Part shown: piece after piece, positions 9,472 to 16,731 of the stretch
Position numbering within the stretch: the first letter of the stretch is position 1
How the letters are laid out: the number at the start of each line of letters is the position of its first letter
DNA from: Desulfocapsa sulfexigens DSM 10523
Lineage (GTDB): Bacteria; Desulfobacterota; Desulfobulbia; Desulfobulbales; Desulfocapsaceae
Direction: 5' to 3'
NCBI RefSeq assembly: GCF_000341395.1
Contig: NC_020304.1
Location: 2,400,001-2,432,000, forward strand
DNA: 32,000 bases
The notes under the pieces: generated by a model
Database searches by the model: none
What the model was told of the DNA's origin: nothing
What the model saw: only the letters and a program-made list of their open reading frames with translations
Program-made: the position numbers and the translations under genes

Positions 9472-9556
9472 GGAAGGGGTCAAGTCTCCCTTTGACCTTT
9501 GTGGTGATTGTATGATATAGCAAAAACATGTCAGAAGCACTACGGATATGTTCCAT
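9472..9556 (+). repeat. Direct repeat copy 2 (GGGGTCAAGTCTCCCTTTGACC family)
   Basis: ggaaggggtcaagtctccctttgacctttgtggtgattgtatgatatagcaaaaacatgtca...; same orientation as 7985-8066 and about 1.49 kb apart, flanking the second acyltransferase. Confidence 0.85.
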
Positions 9557-9572
9557 GAGAAAAGGAGTAAAT

Positions 9573-9624
9573 ATGAATACTATATTCCCTGAACCAATTG
9601 GGAATTTACCAAAAGCCGACATTC
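9573..9624 (+). pseudogene. 5' fragment of cupin-domain gene interrupted by the IS21 element
   Basis: RBS AAAGGAG then ATG...: MNTIFPEPIGNLPKADI|. Continues in frame at 12280 after removing the IS and one CATTC copy. Confidence 0.88.
9620..9624. repeat. Target-site duplication (left copy)
   Basis: CATTC immediately before TGCATATTCC; identical to 12275-12279. Confidence 0.85.
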
Positions 9625-9629
9625 TGCAT

Positions 9630-9744
9630 ATTCCAGACGATTCCGGCCACCGATTCCAGAGTAAACCGGCCACTCATTCCACGTGATTCCGGCCACCGAT
9701 TCCATTTCATTCCGGCCAGTGATTCCAGAGGAATCCGGTCACCC
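9630..9744 (+). repeat. Five tandem 23-bp units (left IS end; probable transposase-binding repeats)
   Basis: ATTCCAnnnnATTCCGGCCACnn-type units at 9630, 9653, 9676, 9699 and 9722. Confidence 0.9.
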
Positions 9745-9792
9745 CAAATAGGGAGTAGCGACGCATAGAACCAACTGGTAGAGAGTGCCTTT

Positions 9793-11370
9793 TTGAATAA
9801 AATTCAAGGAGGGCTCATGCCGAAGAAGAGGTTATCTATGCGAAAAATTAGAGAGGTACTACGACTCAAGTATGAACTTGGGCACAGTAACCGTGAAATT
9901 TCCCGTAGCTGCGGTATTGGCAGCAGCACGGTAAGTGACTATTTACAACGAACCAAAAGAGCAGATCTGGGTTGGCCCCTTCCTGACGACCTAAGCGACA
10001 GCAGCCTTGAACAAACCCTTTTCCCTCCACCGCCTCCACCGGGGACAAGCCGGCTAATTCCAGATTTCTCTGAGATCCACAAAGAGCTCCAATCCAAACG
10101 AGGGGTTACCCTGAACCTGCTGTGGCAGGAATACAAAGAGCAGCATCCTGACGGCTACCAGTACAGCTGGTTCTGCCATAGTTACCGGGATTGGGCCGGC
10201 AAGCTTGATCTGGTCATGCGCCATGAACACCGAGCCGGTGAGAAACTGTTTGTCGACTACGCAGGCCAAACCGTCGATGTCGTTGACCAACACACCGGAG
10301 AAATCACAAAGGCTCAGGTCTTTGTTGCGGTCCTTGGTGCCAGCAACTACACCTATGCTGAGGCCACTCCCAGCCAGAAGATTGAGGATTGGATCGGTTC
10401 ACATGTCCGTACATTTGCTTTCCTGGGTGGGGTTCCGGAAGTTGTCGTTCCAGATAACCTGAAAAGTGGCGTCACAAAAGCCTGCCGTTACGAACCTGAC
10501 CTTAATCCCACTTATCATGATCTGGCCCGACATTATCAAACCGTGGTGCTGCCTGCAAGGGTTAGAAAACCAAGGGACAAGGCCAAGGCTGAGGCCGGTG
10601 TATTGCTGGTGGAACGCTGGATTCTGGCAAAACTCCGTAAACATACTTTCTTCAACATTGACGATCTCAATCGCGAAATAGGCAAACTCCTTGAGCAACT
10701 GAACAACAAGCCTTTCAAGAAGTTATCCGGCAGCCGTAAAAGTCGCTTTGAAGAACTGGACAAACCTGCCCTGAAACAACTTCCAGCCAGCCCTTATGAA
10801 TTATCCTACTGGAAAAAGGCCACTGTACATATCGACTATCATGTGGAGGTCGAGGGACATTACTATTCCGTTCCATATAACCTGGTCAAAAAACAGATTG
10901 AGGTGCGCTATACCAAAAGCACGGTTGAGTGTTACTTTCGTGGTAAACGGGTGGCCAGTCACATCCGGGAGAATCAACGAGGGCACCACACTACCGTCAA
11001 AGAGCATATGCCTGTCAACCACCGAAAGTACATGGAGTGGAATCCGGACAGGTTCAAGCGCTGGGCTGCCAAGGTCGGGCCGGAGACACTCTGCCTCACA
11101 GAGACGCTTCTTGTAAAAAGAGCTCACCCACAACAGGCCTATCGCACTTTGCTGGGCATTCTCCGTCTTGGCAAAGCCTATGGAGATTCACGCCTTGAGG
11201 CAGCATGCCATCGGGCCCTGCATATCAACGCCCTTTCTTACCGCTCAGTGGAATCCATACTCAAAAGCGGCCTTGATCAGAAGCCACTACCGAAGCCGGC
11301 TACAGAGGACAAGCCGGTTAATCACGCAAATATCCGTGGCTCTCAGTATTATTCTCCCTCAACCCACTAA
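9793..11370 (+). CDS. istA: IS21 family transposase IstA
   Basis: N-terminal HTH 'KIREVLRLKYELGHSNREISRSCGIGSSTVSDYLQR', integrase core 'HRAGEKLFVDYAGQTVDV', 'AQVFVAVLGASNYTYAEATPSQ'. Alternative start at 9817. Confidence 0.95.
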   Translation: MNKIQGGLMPKKRLSMRKIREVLRLKYELGHSNREISRSCGIGSSTVSDYLQRTKRADLGWPLPDDLSDSSLEQTLFPPPPPPGTSRLIPDFSEIHKELQSKRGVTLNLLWQEYKEQHPDGYQYSWFCHSYRDWAGKLDLVMRHEHRAGEKLFVDYAGQTVDVVDQHTGEITKAQVFVAVLGASNYTYAEATPSQKIEDWIGSHVRTFAFLGGVPEVVVPDNLKSGVTKACRYEPDLNPTYHDLARHYQTVVLPARVRKPRDKAKAEAGVLLVERWILAKLRKHTFFNIDDLNREIGKLLEQLNNKPFKKLSGSRKSRFEELDKPALKQLPASPYELSYWKKATVHIDYHVEVEGHYYSVPYNLVKKQIEVRYTKSTVECYFRGKRVASHIRENQRGHHTTVKEHMPVNHRKYMEWNPDRFKRWAAKVGPETLCLTETLLVKRAHPQQAYRTLLGILRLGKAYGDSRLEAACHRALHINALSYRSVESILKSGLDQKPLPKPATEDKPVNHANIRGSQYYSPSTH

Positions 11371-11390
11371 AACAAAAAGGAAACGATAAA

Positions 11391-12128
11391 ATGCTTCTGC
11401 ATCCAACACTTGAAAAACTCACAACTCTTCGATTCACCGGCATGGCCGCAGCACTCCAGGAACAGATGGACATGGACACTGCAGATAACCTGGGTTTCGA
11501 AGAACGCCTCGGTCTGTTACTTGACCGCGAGCAGGCGGTCAGGGAAACCAGAAAACTTCAGACCAGACTCAGAAAGGCAAAGCTGCGGCAGGATGGCTCA
11601 ATCGAGGATGTAGACTTCCGTCATCCGCGTGGTCTGGATAGGTCACTGGTAACCAGGCTGGCTGACTGCAACTGGATAAAGGAACATACCAATCTGCTTA
11701 TTACCGGCCCCACTGGAGTCGGCAAATCCTATCTTGCCTGTGCCTTGGCCCAAAAGGCATGCAGAGAAGGCTATAGTGCTCTCTATCTCCGTCTGAGTAA
11801 ACTCTTTGAAGATCTGGCTCTTGCCAAGGGGGATGGCCGTTATCTGAAGTTACTGACTGTCTATTCAAAAACAGATCTATTGGTACTTGATGACTATGGA
11901 CTGGCCACACTCAACCAGGAGCAACGCCATGATTTACTAGAAATACTGGAAGACAGACACGGCCTCAAATCTACCTTGGTAACCAGTCAATTACCGGTAG
12001 AGCACTGGCATGAGCGGATCGGAGATCCGACTTTAGCCGACGCCATTCTTGACCGTCTGGTACATGCCGCTCACAAAATCAAACTGAAAGGAGAATCTAT
12101 GAGAAAAAAGAAAGCACGCTTGACGTGA
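11391..12128 (+). CDS. istB: IS21 family ATP-binding helper protein IstB
   Basis: 'LLITGPTGVGKSYLACALAQKACREGYSALYLRL' Walker A, 'LLVLDDYGL' Walker B, 'TLVTSQLPVEHWHERIGDPTLADAILDRLVHAAHKIKLKGESMRKK'. Confidence 0.96.
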   Translation: MLLHPTLEKLTTLRFTGMAAALQEQMDMDTADNLGFEERLGLLLDREQAVRETRKLQTRLRKAKLRQDGSIEDVDFRHPRGLDRSLVTRLADCNWIKEHTNLLITGPTGVGKSYLACALAQKACREGYSALYLRLSKLFEDLALAKGDGRYLKLLTVYSKTDLLVLDDYGLATLNQEQRHDLLEILEDRHGLKSTLVTSQLPVEHWHERIGDPTLADAILDRLVHAAHKIKLKGESMRKKKARLT

Positions 12129-12178
12129 GAGCAACACACAGAGTAAGAAGGAAATATTCGCGTCGCTACGCTCCGACA

Positions 12179-12269
12179 CCCTGGCCGGAATCCTCTGGAC
12201 TGGGTGGCCGCTTTGCCGTGGAATTACTGGCCGGAATCAAGTGGACTGGGTGGCCGGATTCACTGGAAT
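12179..12269 (-). repeat. Four inverted copies of the ~23-bp IS-end unit (right end)
   Basis: On the minus strand: ATTCCAGTGAATCCGGCCACCC, AGTCCACTTGATTCCGGCCAGTA, ATTCCACGGCAAAGCGGCCACCC, AGTCCAGAGGATTCCGGCCAGGG. Confidence 0.85.
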
Positions 12270-12274
12270 ACGCA

Positions 12275-12279
12275 CATTC
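12275..12279. repeat. Target-site duplication (right copy)
   Basis: CATTC directly after the right IS end (...GGAATACGCA). Confidence 0.85.
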
Positions 12280-12563
12280 CAATGGAGGGCTTAAAAGCGT
12301 ATCTTTCCCAGGCCGAAAACCATCAGATTGTATTTATGGAATTCGAGACTGACGTGGACCTCGCAGAGCATTCACACGCAAGCCAGTTCGGGATTGTCCT
12401 CGAAGGAAAAATTGATCTAAATATTGATGGTAAGAAACACACTTTCGTAAAAGGCGATCGTTATTTTATACCTGGTGGTACTATCCATTCAGGTAAAATA
12501 TATGCAGGGTATGCCGATGTCTCATTTTTTGAAGAACCAAGTAGGTATAGGGTTTCGGAATAA
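12280..12563 (+). pseudogene. 3' fragment of cupin-domain gene interrupted by the IS21 element
   Basis: PMEGLKAYLSQAENHQIVFMEFETDVDLAEHSHASQFGIVLEGKIDLNIDGKKHTFVKGDRYFIPGGTIHSGKIYAGYADVSFFEEPSRYRVSE; cupin metal-site motifs. 52 nt (9573-9624) + 284 nt = 336 nt = 111 aa + stop. Confidence 0.9.
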
Positions 12564-12579
12564 CGGCGACAGCATATCC

Positions 12580-12658
12580 ACTCATTCGAGTGGACGCGAA
12601 GTTGCTGTGCGCCTTTTTTGGGAAAGGTATTTCGTGCGCCACTCAATGACAGTGTTCA
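12580..12658 (+). other. attC-like recombination site candidate A
   Basis: CACTCATTCGAGTGGACGCGAA (12580-12601) pairs imperfectly with TTTCGTGCGCCACTCAATGACAGTG (12631-12655), with an apparent extrahelical base in GAGTGG(A)CG. Lies between the cupin stop and the next ORF. The terminal triplet context is degenerate. Confidence 0.5.
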
Positions 12659-12670
12659 AAAGGAGAAATC

Positions 12671-13060
12671 GTGGAGTTAATTAAGTCGTTTGTAATCGCT
12701 TCATTATTTGTACTGTTATATGGCTGTGCGTCAATGAATACGCCCTCATCGTCCTTAATTGAAACAAAGCCAGTCGTTACAATTGGTGAAGTCAGCCGTG
12801 CGTCAGAAGATCATGTTGTTTTTATTCCTGCAAATAAAGAATTTCCTGTTGAATTCTCAGTTAAAGGAAATGTGTTTGAAAAAAATGTTTCATCAAAGGC
12901 AATGGTGAGTTTTAAAAAAGACATTTATTTATATAAATATTGGGCAAGCCTTGATGGAAAAAAGTGGGCAAATTCTCACAAGCTTATGAATGTTGAGCCA
13001 TCTGGTGGTTTTGATGTATCTGGCGGCAAAGTCGGAGTTGAAATCAACTTTGCAAAATAG
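12671..13060 (+). CDS. Small putative lipoprotein, unknown function
   Basis: 129 aa; 'SFVIASLFVLLYGCASM' lipobox-like signal. Confidence 0.7.
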   Translation: MELIKSFVIASLFVLLYGCASMNTPSSSLIETKPVVTIGEVSRASEDHVVFIPANKEFPVEFSVKGNVFEKNVSSKAMVSFKKDIYLYKYWASLDGKKWANSHKLMNVEPSGGFDVSGGKVGVEINFAK

Positions 13061-13063
13061 AAA

Positions 13064-13127
13064 CATGACAAGGCAATTTCACACGGACGTCTCGCTACCG
13101 CCCTACTTCGGAGAATTGCGACGTTAG
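13064..13127 (+). other. attC-like recombination site candidate B
   Basis: (C)ATGAC-AAG-GCAATT...CGGACG...AATTGC-GAC-GTTAG; GCAATT (13073-13078) pairs with AATTGC (13114-13119), 3' core GTTAG (13123-13127). Fills the gap between two ORFs. Confidence 0.6.
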
Positions 13128-13140
13128 TGTAATACAACCA

Positions 13141-13608
13141 ATGATAAGACAAGCTGAAATTCAAGAAGCGGAAATTTTGACAGAAATATCTTTTAACTCT
13201 AAAGGATACTGGAATTATCCAAAGGAGTTTTACGAAATATGGTCCAAGGAACTGATTATAAGTTCCGATTACATACAAAACAATGATGTATTAGTTTTTG
13301 AAAACGCTGGAAAGATTATCGGTTATTATTCAATTGTGGAACTCAAAGATGATATTGAAATTTCAGGTATCATCATAAGCAAAGGTTTCTGGCTTGAGCA
13401 TGTGTTTATCGAGTCTCATAGTATAGGTCAAGGAATAGGAACAAAAATGTTTGATCACTTACGGGAAAGGTGTTCTTCCCATGGCCTTTGTGAATTGGGT
13501 ATTCTTGCTGATTCTAATTCAGAGGATTCTATGAGAAAATTGGCTGTGAATATAAATTTGAATATCCATCAACTATCAAGAATCGTACAACCCCTTATCT
13601 TCAATTGA
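13141..13608 (+). CDS. GNAT family N-acetyltransferase
   Basis: 'MIRQAEIQEAEILTEISFNSKGYW', 'LEHVFIESHSIGQGIGTKMFDHLRERCSSHG', 'LGILADSNSEDSMRKL'. Confidence 0.88.
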   Translation: MIRQAEIQEAEILTEISFNSKGYWNYPKEFYEIWSKELIISSDYIQNNDVLVFENAGKIIGYYSIVELKDDIEISGIIISKGFWLEHVFIESHSIGQGIGTKMFDHLRERCSSHGLCELGILADSNSEDSMRKLAVNINLNIHQLSRIVQPLIFN

Positions 13609-13620
13609 AAATAGGGAGGT

Positions 13621-13683
13621 GCTAAGCACTGCATTGAGAGGATGCAGAAATATCGTTGTGCATTTTTAATGCGGGACGTTAGC
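13621..13683 (+). other. attC-like recombination site candidate C (clearest one)
   Basis: Nested arms: GCTAA-gcact-GCATT-gagagg-ATGCA-gaaatatcgttg-TGCAT-tttt-AATGC-gggac-GTTAGC. Outer 15/16-nt arms with GCTAA/GTTAGC and GCATT/AATGC matches, located between two same-strand ORFs. Confidence 0.7.
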
Positions 13684-13699
13684 CGGATAAATAGGAATT

Positions 13700-14428
13700 A
13701 TGAAGACACCTTTTATACAGAAATCATCAACCGAAGAGATAAGAAAACGATTTGATAATGATGTCGCACGTTTTTCAAATCTTGAAACCGGGCAGTCTGC
13801 GACTATCGATGCTCCATTAGCTATGGAACTGATTACACGAGCGGCAGTTAAATCAACCAGCAACATACGAAGAGTTTTGGATATCGGCTGTGGAGCGGGA
13901 AATAATACGCTTAAACTTTTACAGTATGCCTCTCCTTTCGATTGTGATCTTATTGACCTGAGTTTACCGATGTTGGAAAAAGCTTGTGAGCGTATTGCAG
14001 CAGTAAACTCGGGGAAAATCAAAACTATTCAGGGCGATTTTCGTAAGATTGATTTGCCACATCAAGGATATGACATCATTCTTGCTGCTGCTGTCCTGCA
14101 TCATTTACGTGATGACCAGGATTGGGAAAAAGCATTCAAAAAGCTTTACAATTTAACCGCCCCTGGCGGAAGCATCTGGATTACGGATTTGATATCTCAT
14201 GAGTCCAAAGCAGTTCAATCTCTCATGTGGGAACGGTATGGAGAATATCTTTGCTCTATGGGAGGTGCCGATTACAGGACAAAAGTATTTGAATACATCG
14301 ACAAAGAAGATTCACCGCGGCCAGTTACATATCAACTGGATTTGCTACGGAAAGTTGGATTTAAACGCACTGAAATTTTACACAAAAATTCTTGTTTTGC
14401 TGCTTTTGGTGCGATAAAAATGGGCTGA
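13700..14428 (+). CDS. Class I SAM-dependent methyltransferase
   Basis: 'RRVLDIGCGAGNNTLKLLQYA', 'CDLIDLSLPMLEKA', 'DIILAAAVLHHLRDDQDWEKAFKKLYNLTAPGGSIWITDLI'. Confidence 0.93.
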   Translation: MKTPFIQKSSTEEIRKRFDNDVARFSNLETGQSATIDAPLAMELITRAAVKSTSNIRRVLDIGCGAGNNTLKLLQYASPFDCDLIDLSLPMLEKACERIAAVNSGKIKTIQGDFRKIDLPHQGYDIILAAAVLHHLRDDQDWEKAFKKLYNLTAPGGSIWITDLISHESKAVQSLMWERYGEYLCSMGGADYRTKVFEYIDKEDSPRPVTYQLDLLRKVGFKRTEILHKNSCFAAFGAIKMG

Positions 14429-14565
14429 CAAATCACTGCATTGGAAAAAGGGGTCAAGGGTTTGGGTTACTTTTAGGTATGCACATTTTTTTCCAGTGAG
14501 CTTAAAGGTTAAATTCCAAAGATCAGTGCAAAATTAATTTCAATGTAAAGTCATAGGTATTAATA

Positions 14566-15412
14566 ATGTCCCTTTCGGTTATGTTAGTCGTTTTACTTGC
14601 AGCTACACTACATGCGTCATGGAATTTCCTTATTAAACAAAAGAAGGACAAACACATAAGTATGACAGCAGTAGTTCTGGGACATGCCCCATTTGCTCTC
14701 GCTGTACTATTATTCTCACCTCTTCCTCAAATTGAGTCACTTCCTTATATCGTTATTGGAGCGTTGTTGCACACTGGTTATCAACTATTCTTACTATATT
14801 CTTATCGTATTGGTGACTTAAGCCAAGTTTATCCTTTAGCTCGCGGAGTAGCTCCTATAGTTGTCGCTGTTGTTTCAGTTGTTTTTTTGGGAACTCACCT
14901 TGACCAAATAGAACTGTCAGCAATAGCCATTATTGGATCTGGTATAATAAGTTTATCATTGGTTCGACGAAGTCGATGGTTTAAAAAATTATAAAGCCGC
15001 AATTTTAGCAATAGTTACTGGAGGATTTATTGCTGCTTATTCTCTAGTTGACGGACTGGGGGCTCGTGTCGCTACAACTGCACTTGGGTTTTATGGCTGC
15101 TTATCGATCTTAAATGCCATAATTTTTACTATTATAATAAATTTTATTAAGCCAGGGATGGTCAAGATCGTGGCCCAAGAAAATTACAAGTTGGCTTTGA
15201 GCAGTGGTGGTGCATCTTTTACAGCCTACGCATTGGTGATTTGGGCTTTCACCATGGCACCTATTCCAGTAGTCACTGCCCTGAGAGAAACAAGTATAAT
15301 TTTTGCTCTTTTTCTAGGTGTGTTTGTACTTAAAGAAGGACTTGATTTAATTAAAGTATTTGCATCAATGGTTACAATCCTTGGTGCAGGGTTGCTTCGC
15401 ATTAATCGTTGA
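14566..15412 (+). pseudogene. EamA/DMT-family transporter split by a frameshift
   Basis: 14566-14994 encodes the N-terminal half (MSLSVMLVVLLAATLHASWNFLIKQ...RRSRWFKKL*). The +1-shifted frame is open through 15412 (...NYKAAILAIVTGGFIAAYSLVDGLGARVATTALGFYG...PVVTALRETSIIFALFLGVFVLKEG...GAGLLRINR*). Break at the A6 run near 14983-14988. Confidence 0.85.
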
Positions 15413-15491
15413 GGTGCAGGTGAAACTACTTCACAATAAAAACTTTATTTAAACCGGTTACCCAGGCCCTTAGGAGCACAAAAGATACAAT

Positions 15492-15689
15492 TATGAACAT
15501 TGACATATACATTTATGATCAAGCAGAAGTGCTCGACTTTTCGGGACCACTTCTGGAAACATAGTCACTTCGGGTGGAATATCCGCAGGTATTGACATGA
15601 GTCTATATCTTGTAAGTAAATTGCATTCAATAGAACTAGCAGAAAAGACAGCTCGCCAAATGGAGTTTGACTGGATTAAAAACTCATAA
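15492..15689 (+). pseudogene. DJ-1/PfpI family protein remnant with a large internal deletion
   Basis: N-terminus MNIDIYIYDQAEVLDFSGP followed in another frame (from 15560) by IVTSGGISAGIDMSLYLVSKLHSIELAEKTARQMEFDWIKNS*, the family's C-terminal motif. The middle of the protein is missing. Confidence 0.82.
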
Positions 15690-15743
15690 CCAACTGCTCC
15701 ACTGGACCAGGAAACTTCGCCGGTTCGGTGAATTCTGCGTTAT
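15686..15743 (+). other. attC-like recombination site candidate E
   Basis: 58 nt ATAACCAACTGCTCCACTGGACCAGGAAACTTCGCCGGTTCGGTGAATTCTGCGTTAT: terminal ATAAC/GTTAT complementary, inner CACTGGACC/GGTTCGGTG mostly complementary. Overlaps the stop of the DJ-1 remnant. Confidence 0.65.
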
Positions 15744-15775
15744 ATTTAAAATTCAAGAGTAGAAGGAGAAACAGA

Positions 15776-16489
15776 ATGTCGACCAACTCTACTACCCACC
15801 CTACTTGGCTTATCGCGTGGATGGAAGCAAAAGAAATTTCTCTATGGGGTGCCGCAGACCTTCGAAATTTTTCAACACCTTCAGATCAAGCAGGAAATCG
15901 ATTTCCAATCGCTATTTCATTTGTGATTCCCATGAATCCCATAATAATGGATAGTATCCATAAAGGGCCTAACCAGGCATATGCCGATGAATACACACGA
16001 GTGAACAAACACATTAATGAATTATCAACAACCCTATCAGTAGAAATCAAATCAAGAGGTTTTCAATCCCTACCTTTAGCGGCATCAGTACGTTCAGATC
16101 CTGTGAACATTAAGGGAGATTTTCCACACAAAACTGCGGCAACAAGAGCGGGTTTGGGATGGATAGGGCGTCATTGTCAGCTCATTACGCGTCCTTTCGG
16201 TTCATGGGTTCGGTTGGGAACCGTCTTTACTGATATTGAAATTCCGTGTGGACCGCCGGTGAAAAAGAATTTTTGCGGTAGCTGCATGAGTTGTGTCGAG
16301 GCTTGCCCTGCAAAAGCATTGAAAGGTAGTGAGTGGTATCCGGGGTTGGCTCGGGAGGAAATATTGGATGTGCAAGCATGTGATCAATGGAAAAAGGAAC
16401 ATTATTTTCAATATCACAAAGGACACAATTGCGGAATCTGTTCAGCAGTTTGTCCTTATGGTCAGCGATTGTTAAAAAAACTTCGATAG
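15776..16489 (+). CDS. 4Fe-4S double-cluster protein related to epoxyqueuosine reductase (QueG-like)
   Basis: 'HKTAATRAGLGWIGRHCQLITRPFGSWVRLGTVFTDIEI', 'CGSCMSCVEACPAKAL', 'HNCGICSAVCPYGQ'. RBS agaaggag before ATG 15776 (provided ORF opens at 15728). Confidence 0.88.
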   Translation: MSTNSTTHPTWLIAWMEAKEISLWGAADLRNFSTPSDQAGNRFPIAISFVIPMNPIIMDSIHKGPNQAYADEYTRVNKHINELSTTLSVEIKSRGFQSLPLAASVRSDPVNIKGDFPHKTAATRAGLGWIGRHCQLITRPFGSWVRLGTVFTDIEIPCGPPVKKNFCGSCMSCVEACPAKALKGSEWYPGLAREEILDVQACDQWKKEHYFQYHKGHNCGICSAVCPYGQRLLKKLR

Positions 16490-16504
16490 TGAATGAAATC
16501 TGTA

Positions 16505-16588
16505 AATAACAGCTATTTCACATGGACTTACAGGAGTTCGACGGTCACCCCGGACATCAGCTTTAGTGGAAAGAATTTATTGCGTTCA
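16505..16588 (+). other. Weak attC-like sequence after the 4Fe-4S gene
   Basis: AATAACAGCTATTTCACATGGACTTAC ... AGTGGAAAGAATTTATTGCGTTC; position and AAC...GTT layout resemble the other sites but pairing is poor. Confidence 0.3.
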
Positions 16589-16731
16589 TAAATTGGGGGA
16601 CGCAATACCATTTCAAGTTGCAAGTAAAGCCTATCAAGAAACTTCAAGGACCATTTGAAATGGAAAATTGGTTGTAGCGCACCTAAAAGCAATCAAGCAA
16701 GAACGTTCCTCTATGTCTGTGAGAGGCTGTC

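Larger units (their letters stand above)
9625..12274 (+). mobile_element. IS21-family insertion sequence, 2650 bp, with both ORFs and both ends present
   Basis: IstA (9793/9817-11370) and IstB (11391-12128), ends TGCATATTCCAGACGATTCCGGCCAC / reverse complement TGCGTATTCCAGTGAATCCGGCCAC, 5'-TG...CA-3' termini, flanking CATTC direct repeats. Confidence 0.95.

Noticed and set aside
9630-9744. Regular 23-bp repeats considered as a CRISPR or iteron array
   Set aside because: No unique spacers, inverted related copies occur at 12179-12269, and they sit exactly at the ends of an IS21 element.
9793-12128. IS21 IstA/IstB as part of a defence or Tn7-like targeted system
   Set aside because: Only the two standard IS21 genes lie between the ends; no effector or targeting cargo.
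14983-14988. Programmed ribosomal frameshifting in the EamA gene
   Set aside because: The slip-prone A6 run is present but the region is full of decay and EamA proteins do not normally need recoding; a mutation or assembly error is more likely.
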